Shown here in pieces: positions 27,170 through 32,000 of a stretch of 32,000 nucleotides of DNA. Numbering within the stretch: position 1 is the first letter of the stretch; every line of letters starts with the position of its first letter. The DNA is from Candidatus Methanoperedens sp. GTDB taxonomy: Archaea > Halobacteriota > Methanosarcinia > Methanosarcinales > Methanoperedenaceae. The notes below the pieces were generated by a model. It saw only the letters and a program-made list of their open reading frames with translations. It was not told where the DNA came from and ran no database searches. The stretch is taken from positions 30,001 through 62,000 of the forward strand of contig JAPZAR010000009.1 of the NCBI GenBank assembly GCA_027460535.1, given 5' to 3'. A program made the translations under genes and the position numbers.

Positions 27170-28957
27170 ATGGTGGATGGAAAAAAAAGAAAAGGATCTT
27201 TGATAGCAAGTACAGTTATCACAATGATCATTGTAACGATGTTGATTTTTTCGGGACCGATCGCGCAGGCGTTACTGGTCACGTTGAATGCCGATAAGAC
27301 CTCGGTACAGATCGGAGAGGCGGCGGAGAACAAGATCACGTTCACAACATGGGTGAATTTATCGAGACCAGATAATACAGTCCCGATACAGCGCGTTTTC
27401 CTGAATTTATCTGGCAATTCCCCAAGATCTTTTTCATTCGATCTGAATGGAAATGACATCCGTGGTACTGCTTTCCCAAGCGAAATAACCATAGCTTCTC
27501 CAGGAGGGGACCCCTGGGGGGGAGGTAATTTTGGAACAGGGTATGGATATGATTTTAATACCGGGGTGGGATATAATTTCGGCTATGGATATGGATACGG
27601 TGACGGGACAAATCCGCTGAATAGATCATTCATTATTACCCTTAATACATCAATGATGTTTGACGGAAGTTATACATCAAAGACCAATGTATATGCTGCG
27701 GGCAGCAGCTTGGCGCAAGGATTTACATCGACACCATTCAGTTTCACCCTCACACCGAGGATGATAAATACGACCGTTGGGTCATTCCCGGCAAATACAA
27801 CACAGGACTCAGGAATTATCCCTTCCCCGATCGGGAATATCCAGTACATAGTGACAAGCAATAGTACGACGATCCCTGTGATGATCAACGTGACCGTGTC
27901 GGTTCAAGCCCCATCGGGGTCAACAGACATCACTTCGTTCACTTCCGGTGCTATTCCTAACATTTACTTCAATATCTCGGTGAGCAACCCTGCCTGGTTC
28001 GCGAACATTTCCAATATCCAGTTCAGGGGATATTATAATGCGTCAAATATCCCATCAACTGTGGCGGAGAGCACGCTTCGGCCATACAGGTTCGCAACAA
28101 ATTGGCAGAGGCTGGATTGCGGTGCGGGCGAAATATGCGCTCCAACAATCGGGCTCACTGACGGTGCGATCCTCTATGCAGCCGGTGTGAATACAACAGG
28201 TGATTACGTCTGGGCGAACCTCAGCAGATTGTCAACCTTCGGTATCGCAGGTACAGTATCAGTATCAGCACCATCAGGCGGCAGCAGTGGCGGAACCGGA
28301 GGCGGGGGCGGTGTAGTTTCAGGCGAGCCTTTTGCCAACATAGTAAAGTCAGAAACACATGACATGGATCTGGTTTCCAACGCTCCGGTTAAATACACAT
28401 TCACAACCCCCGAGATCGGTATATATCAGGTAGTTGTCACGAATAAGGAGAGTGAAAACGGTATTTCCCTGAGAGCAGAAATTCTCAAAGGCACATCGAA
28501 ACTTGTGGCAGCCAACCCGCCAGGAACCGTATATAAGAATGTTAACCTGTGGATCGGTACACAGCGTGTAAATAGTGTTCTCATCAGGTTCAAGGTCGAC
28601 AACACATGGCTTACCAATAACAATGTGGCAGCCGGTGATGTCAAGCTGCTCAAGTGGGATGGAAGCCAGTGGACACAGCTTGATACTGCACAGACGACCG
28701 CGGATAGCGCGAGTACCTCCTACGAGGCAAAGTCCAGCACCTTGTCGATATTCGCGATAAGCAGTACAAAGGGAGTCGCAGTGCCAGGCGGAACTGCAGC
28801 AGGTGCAACGCCAACAGCAGCAACACCAGGTGCGACAACGCCAGCAGCTTCTCCTACCGCGACTGCCACGAAGGCACCAGGATTTGAAATGGTAACCAGC
28901 CTGGCCGCATTAACAGTGCTGATTACCGTCTTCCTGAGAGATAGAAAGAGAAGATGA
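27170..28957 (+). CDS. Secreted surface glycoprotein with Gly/Tyr-rich segment, PGF-pre-PGF domain and PGF-CTERM signal (close paralog of 1324-3579 in its C-terminal third)
   Basis: The track ORF starts at 27050. In-frame ATG 27170 has AAGGAGG 8 nt upstream and gives MVDGKKRKGSLIASTVITMIIVTMLIF (basic + TM signal-anchor). I count 13 N-X-S/T sequons. Linker SGGSSGGTGGGGG, then a pre-PGF domain (GEPFANIVKSETHD...LSIFAISS). An A/T/P-rich linker precedes PGFEMVTSLAALTVLITVFLRDRKRR. Confidence 0.9.
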   Translation: MVDGKKRKGSLIASTVITMIIVTMLIFSGPIAQALLVTLNADKTSVQIGEAAENKITFTTWVNLSRPDNTVPIQRVFLNLSGNSPRSFSFDLNGNDIRGTAFPSEITIASPGGDPWGGGNFGTGYGYDFNTGVGYNFGYGYGYGDGTNPLNRSFIITLNTSMMFDGSYTSKTNVYAAGSSLAQGFTSTPFSFTLTPRMINTTVGSFPANTTQDSGIIPSPIGNIQYIVTSNSTTIPVMINVTVSVQAPSGSTDITSFTSGAIPNIYFNISVSNPAWFANISNIQFRGYYNASNIPSTVAESTLRPYRFATNWQRLDCGAGEICAPTIGLTDGAILYAAGVNTTGDYVWANLSRLSTFGIAGTVSVSAPSGGSSGGTGGGGGVVSGEPFANIVKSETHDMDLVSNAPVKYTFTTPEIGIYQVVVTNKESENGISLRAEILKGTSKLVAANPPGTVYKNVNLWIGTQRVNSVLIRFKVDNTWLTNNNVAAGDVKLLKWDGSQWTQLDTAQTTADSASTSYEAKSSTLSIFAISSTKGVAVPGGTAAGATPTAATPGATTPAASPTATATKAPGFEMVTSLAALTVLITVFLRDRKRR

Positions 28958-28985
28958 GCAATCATCTTCTTTCTTTTTTTATTTT
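28949..28985 (+). terminator. Hairpin overlapping the stop codon plus oligo-T tract
   Basis: 9-bp stem agaagatga (28949-28957) / tcatcttct (28962-28970) with a 4-nt loop, followed by ttctttttttatttt (28971-28985). This is the same design as the terminator after the paralog at 3569-3606. Confidence 0.55.
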
Positions 28986-29041
28986 AATCATTAAATTATT
29001 CAGTTATCCTTAAGTTATTTGGAGGCATTTATATGACCTAA

Positions 29042-29707
29042 ATGCAACTTGAAATAACTCAATTGTTCTCGATAATAGGTGAAGCTGTCGTATATTTCGT
29101 AATTTTTCTGTTAGCGATTGCAGTGCTGGGTTCGCTGCTTATTTTCTATTCCTTCAAGACAGAGAAGTTCATTTTCCCGGGTTTCATGCTTTTCTCTATC
29201 ACCATACTTGAAACCCTTGTCAAAGCCCTGTTCCGCCTCGTAGGTGCGGATGATTCCATCGTGGATGATGTAGGCATCGCCCTCAAGAACAAGATATCCC
29301 TTAAGAAATTCAGGAATACTCCGATCAACAGGAGGATGATATTCCTGCCCCAGTGCCTGAGAGCCATAGACTGCCCCTCAAAATTGAGCCCCGAAGGAAT
29401 GAAATGCATTGACTGCGGGAACTGCGAGGTCGGGAAAGCAAAGAAATGCGCCGAGGACCTGGGTTACAGGGTGTTCATCGTTCCGGGTTCAAGCTTCATA
29501 AAAAGGCTTGTGCGGAAACACAAACCATTCGCAGTACTTGGCGTGGGATGCATGACCGAAGTCAAAGCCGGGATTGAGATGTGCGAAAAAATGAAACTCT
29601 TTGGGGTAGGTCTCGTTCTTGATAAAGCCGGGTGCGTTTCCACAGTGCTTGACTGGGATAGATTCTATGAGTTCATAGAATTTGATGACACGGCAATTTC
29701 TTCCTAA
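29042..29707 (+). CDS. Cys-rich membrane protein, DUF116-like
   Basis: Two N-terminal TMs, then a C-terminal domain with clustered Cys (LPQCLRAIDCPSKLSPEGMKCIDCGNCEVGKAKKCAE ... VLGVGC ... AGC) and FIVPGSSF. The overall pattern matches my recollection of the DUF116 family. Function unknown. Confidence 0.6.
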   Translation: MQLEITQLFSIIGEAVVYFVIFLLAIAVLGSLLIFYSFKTEKFIFPGFMLFSITILETLVKALFRLVGADDSIVDDVGIALKNKISLKKFRNTPINRRMIFLPQCLRAIDCPSKLSPEGMKCIDCGNCEVGKAKKCAEDLGYRVFIVPGSSFIKRLVRKHKPFAVLGVGCMTEVKAGIEMCEKMKLFGVGLVLDKAGCVSTVLDWDRFYEFIEFDDTAISS

Positions 29708-29876
29708 ATTATCCCTGCAAATCCATGAATCCATAAACAAACTGAAAAAGGATTTTTAGCATATCTGCGTGTTATCTGCGATTCTTATCCAATAGTTCCT
29801 GAGGGTAATTTCGGACATCCGCGGCGCCAGATTTTAATAATTATAACGTCATAATAACTGCTATTCAAATCCGAAC

Positions 29877-29907
29877 TTTTATTAACAGGCATCTTGATGT
29901 TTAGCAC
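29877..29907 (+). promoter_or_regulatory. Possible archaeal TATA box with geometry for a leaderless or short-leader mfnA transcript
   Basis: TATA-like 'ttttattaa' (29877-29885) is centred about 27 nt upstream of ATG 29908. No SD-like sequence lies in between. The call rests on position and sequence only. Confidence 0.3.
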
Positions 29908-31041
29908 ATGGACCAAAAAGGGCTCCCGCAGAAAGAAGTGCTTTCCTTCCTGGATTCGGCAAGGCAAAAGGACACTTCATATGACAGGGTTCTGAGCTCT
30001 ATGTGCACACGACCTCATCAAATAGCTGTAGAAGCCCATATGCGATTCATAGAATCAAATCTTGGCGACTTTGGCTTATTCCCAGGAACAAAAGAGCTTG
30101 AAGAAAAAGTGATCAGCATCATGGGAAGCCTGCTTGGCGATCCTAATGCTTGCGGTTATATAACAACAGGCGGTACCGAATCCAACATTCAGGCGCTAAG
30201 AGCGATCAGGAACCTCGCGAAAAAAAGCCATCCGAATGTGGTTATTCCTTCTTCAGCCCATTTCTCATTCGACAAAATAGCTGACCTTCTTGGTATTGAG
30301 TTAAGAAAAGCCGGATTGGATGGGGAATTCAAGGTCGATGTCAATCGTGCGGAGAGCCTCATCGATGAGAAAACAATAGCGCTCGTTGGTATTGCAGGTT
30401 CGACCGAGTTCGGGCAAATCGACCCGGTTGATGAACTTTCAGACCTCGCTTTATCTCATGATATTTTCCTTCATGTGGATGCCGCATTCGGTGGATTTGT
30501 AATACCTTTTCTTGATAAAAAATACGATTTCGATTTTTCAGTGGGGGGTGTGACCTCGATGACCGCCGACCCACACAAGATGGGTATGTCAACAATACCA
30601 GCAGGAGGCCTTCTCTTCAAAGAAGATGCGTGCCTTCTGCCTCTTGAAATAGATACACCTTACCTCACCATAAGGGCGCAACACTCACTCACTGGAACGA
30701 GAAGCGGTGCAGCAGTGGCGGCAGCTTATGCTGTGATGACGTACCTTGGCAGGGAGGGTTATAGCAAGATCGTGGGGAGATGCATGAAAATGACCCGGAG
30801 GCTCGTCGAAGGAGTTGAAGAATTTGGGATCAAGCCTCTCATCGATCCTGTAATGAATATAGTAGCTCTGGATGTGCCTAATCTGGAAGAGGTCAGAAAA
30901 GATATGAGGGCAAAAGGCTGGTATACTTCGATAACAAGATCTCCGAAAGCAATGAGGTTGATAATGATGCCCCACCTGCGCGAAGACACCCTTGAAATGT
31001 TCATTACAGATCTTGGGGCATGTGTTAATAAGGTCACATAG
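29908..31041 (+). CDS. mfnA: L-tyrosine/L-aspartate decarboxylase MfnA (PLP-dependent; methanofuran / beta-alanine biosynthesis)
   Basis: Collinear blocks match my recollection of M. jannaschii MfnA: SSMCT, NLGDFGLFPGTKELEEK, TGGTESNIQALRA, SAHFSFDK, GIAGSTEFGQID, HVDAAFGGFVIPFLDKKY, the PLP-lysine motif DPHKMG, PAGGLLFK, TPYLT, LTGTRSG, YLGREGYSKIV, NIVALD and MRLIMMPH. Confidence 0.93.
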   Translation: MDQKGLPQKEVLSFLDSARQKDTSYDRVLSSMCTRPHQIAVEAHMRFIESNLGDFGLFPGTKELEEKVISIMGSLLGDPNACGYITTGGTESNIQALRAIRNLAKKSHPNVVIPSSAHFSFDKIADLLGIELRKAGLDGEFKVDVNRAESLIDEKTIALVGIAGSTEFGQIDPVDELSDLALSHDIFLHVDAAFGGFVIPFLDKKYDFDFSVGGVTSMTADPHKMGMSTIPAGGLLFKEDACLLPLEIDTPYLTIRAQHSLTGTRSGAAVAAAYAVMTYLGREGYSKIVGRCMKMTRRLVEGVEEFGIKPLIDPVMNIVALDVPNLEEVRKDMRAKGWYTSITRSPKAMRLIMMPHLREDTLEMFITDLGACVNKVT

Positions 31042-31210
31042 CCCTCATAATTAAAATTGTACTGCTTTTGGGCTTGAGTTTTTTATAACCCGCTTCAAAG
31101 TCTTTTTTGCACCGAAAAGTCTTATCATTATAATAACTATTATTATTATTTTTTAATTGCGATAAATTTATTTAGCTTAAGGTTTTAATAGATTAATAGT
31201 GGTGTGACGA

Positions 31211-31546
31211 ATGTCCAACAGGATCATAGATGACGGCCAGAGCGAAAACCAATCAAATTATCTGAAATATGTCCTTTTATTCGGGATTGTATTCACTGCC
31301 CTTCAGGTATCTGACCTGACCCTGACCCAGCACAGCCTTAAAAATCCAAATATAAGAGAGCTAAATCCCCTGTATGACCAGGACTGGTTCGTTCCTTTCA
31401 AACTAACCATGGTTTTCCTAATAATGGGTACGATGTACAGACAGCCGGGCAGGAACCAGGGAATAGCTAAGAAAGCAATGTCAGGAATTATTATTATGTA
31501 CCTGTTTATTAACCTGAACAACCTGTATTTCGTACTATCAGTGTAG
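31211..31546 (+). CDS. Small integral membrane protein, DUF5658-like
   Basis: 111 aa with 3 predicted TMs. The first-TM motif ALQVSDLTLTQHSL...RELNPLY resembles the D..T......E.NP signature I associate with DUF5658. GGTG SD-like sequence upstream. Confidence 0.55.
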   Translation: MSNRIIDDGQSENQSNYLKYVLLFGIVFTALQVSDLTLTQHSLKNPNIRELNPLYDQDWFVPFKLTMVFLIMGTMYRQPGRNQGIAKKAMSGIIIMYLFINLNNLYFVLSV

Positions 31547-31862
31547 TTCAGCTTTTACAGCTTCGGTTATCGAAGGCAACACGTTGCAAGCTTTTGCTCA
31601 CATGAGAATCCTGTGGGAGCATGTATGATGTCAAACGAAGAGACGTGCAATATTATAACACAGCTATGGCGGGTTTATTGAAATAACTTTATTGTAGTTA
31701 ATACAATAGTCTCCTGACAGACCTCGCATTAGTTTACAAGGAAAATCCTGGCACTAGATATAGTATTTGTTTTTCTTTTCTTCAGTGCATTCAAATATCA
31801 GACATCTTCTTCAGCCCTGAGTAGTTTACTATTGTTACGCTACCAGGTTCTCAAGTACACAA

Positions 31863-32000
31863 TCATTCTTTTTCTCCTTTTTCATACCCCGAGCCCCGAT
31901 GGATTATCTCTCTGGCTTTATCATAAGACTTTCTTGCTTCCTCGTATTCCCCTAATTTATAAAGATCAAAACCTTTGTTATACCAGGCACTGGCATATTC
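31863..32000 (-). CDS. TPR-repeat protein, C-terminal 45 codons (gene runs off the window end)
   Basis: Manual minus-strand translation from 32000 gives EYASAWYNKGFDLYKLGEYEEARKSYDKAREIIHRGSGYEKGEKE*, with TGA at 31865-31863. The W..G......G.YEEA...Y.KA.EI pattern is a textbook TPR unit. Confidence 0.6.
   Translation of the reverse strand, partial: EYASAWYNKGFDLYKLGEYEEARKSYDKAREIIHRGSGYEKGEKE

Noticed and set aside
1638-31521. Many other 60-210-aa track ORFs antisense to or nested in the called genes (for example 1638-1889, 2436-2723, 5369-5899, 6531-7160, 8135-8575, 10562-10904, 12319-12645, 15671-16021, 20192-20446, 23787-24170, 25389-25715, 27142-27492, 28204-28965, 30359-31037, 31303-31521)
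   Set aside because: Each overlaps a longer ORF on the other strand or frame that has clear family motifs. Their sequences are low-complexity or Arg/Ser/Cys-rich, as expected for frame shadows.
1-32000. Search for defence systems, toxin-antitoxin pairs, nucleases, or NTPase/helicase modules
   Set aside because: No ORF shows nuclease, helicase, STAND/AAA (other than the ABC ATPase), TIR, Cas or methylase-restriction signatures. The methyltransferases present are small-molecule class I types embedded in a sugar cluster.

Overview
Archaeal, methanogen-type chromosomal window. This is inferred from a clear MfnA decarboxylase gene and from four surface proteins built on PGF-pre-PGF / PGF-CTERM (archaeosortase) modules. 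GGAGG/GGTG-type ribosome-binding sites and oligo-T terminators are also visible. No rRNA, tRNA, CRISPR array, transposase or integrase was found. Layout: (1) 1-1245, minus strand: ABC transporter, a partial FtsX/MacB-like permease plus its ATPase. (2) 1324-5798, plus strand: three secreted surface proteins. Two end in PGF-CTERM; the third is a shorter paralog with a plain TM anchor. (3) 6009-27011: about 21 kb of almost gap-free minus-strand genes for surface-glycan or lipid-linked-sugar biosynthesis. These comprise two giant GT-C-like membrane proteins, a Wzx/MOP flippase, a membrane protein with a 15-bp/pentapeptide tandem repeat, three GT2s, two GT-B/GT4s, one single and one fused double SAM-methyltransferase, an SDR epimerase, two B12-type radical SAM enzymes, a Zn-ribbon protein and a 41-codon remnant of a deleted GT4 gene. 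(4) 27170-28957, plus strand: a fourth PGF-CTERM protein, a close paralog of the first. (5) 29042-32000: housekeeping-looking genes (DUF116-like Cys-rich membrane protein, mfnA, small DUF5658-like membrane protein, 3' end of a TPR protein). About 10.9-21.8 kb is much more AT-rich than its flanks, with a host-like epimerase gene embedded in it, so the cluster looks like a mosaic accessory island. The best candidates for undescribed biology are two modules. One is the translationally coupled GT2 / B12-rSAM (CX4CX2C) / Zn-ribbon / GT2 module at 21.8-25.8 kb. The other is the epimerase / B12-rSAM / double-methyltransferase module at 16.7-20.6 kb. No AglB oligosaccharyltransferase or archaeosortase is present in the window. 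All family assignments come from motifs read by eye in the supplied translations; no database search was possible.
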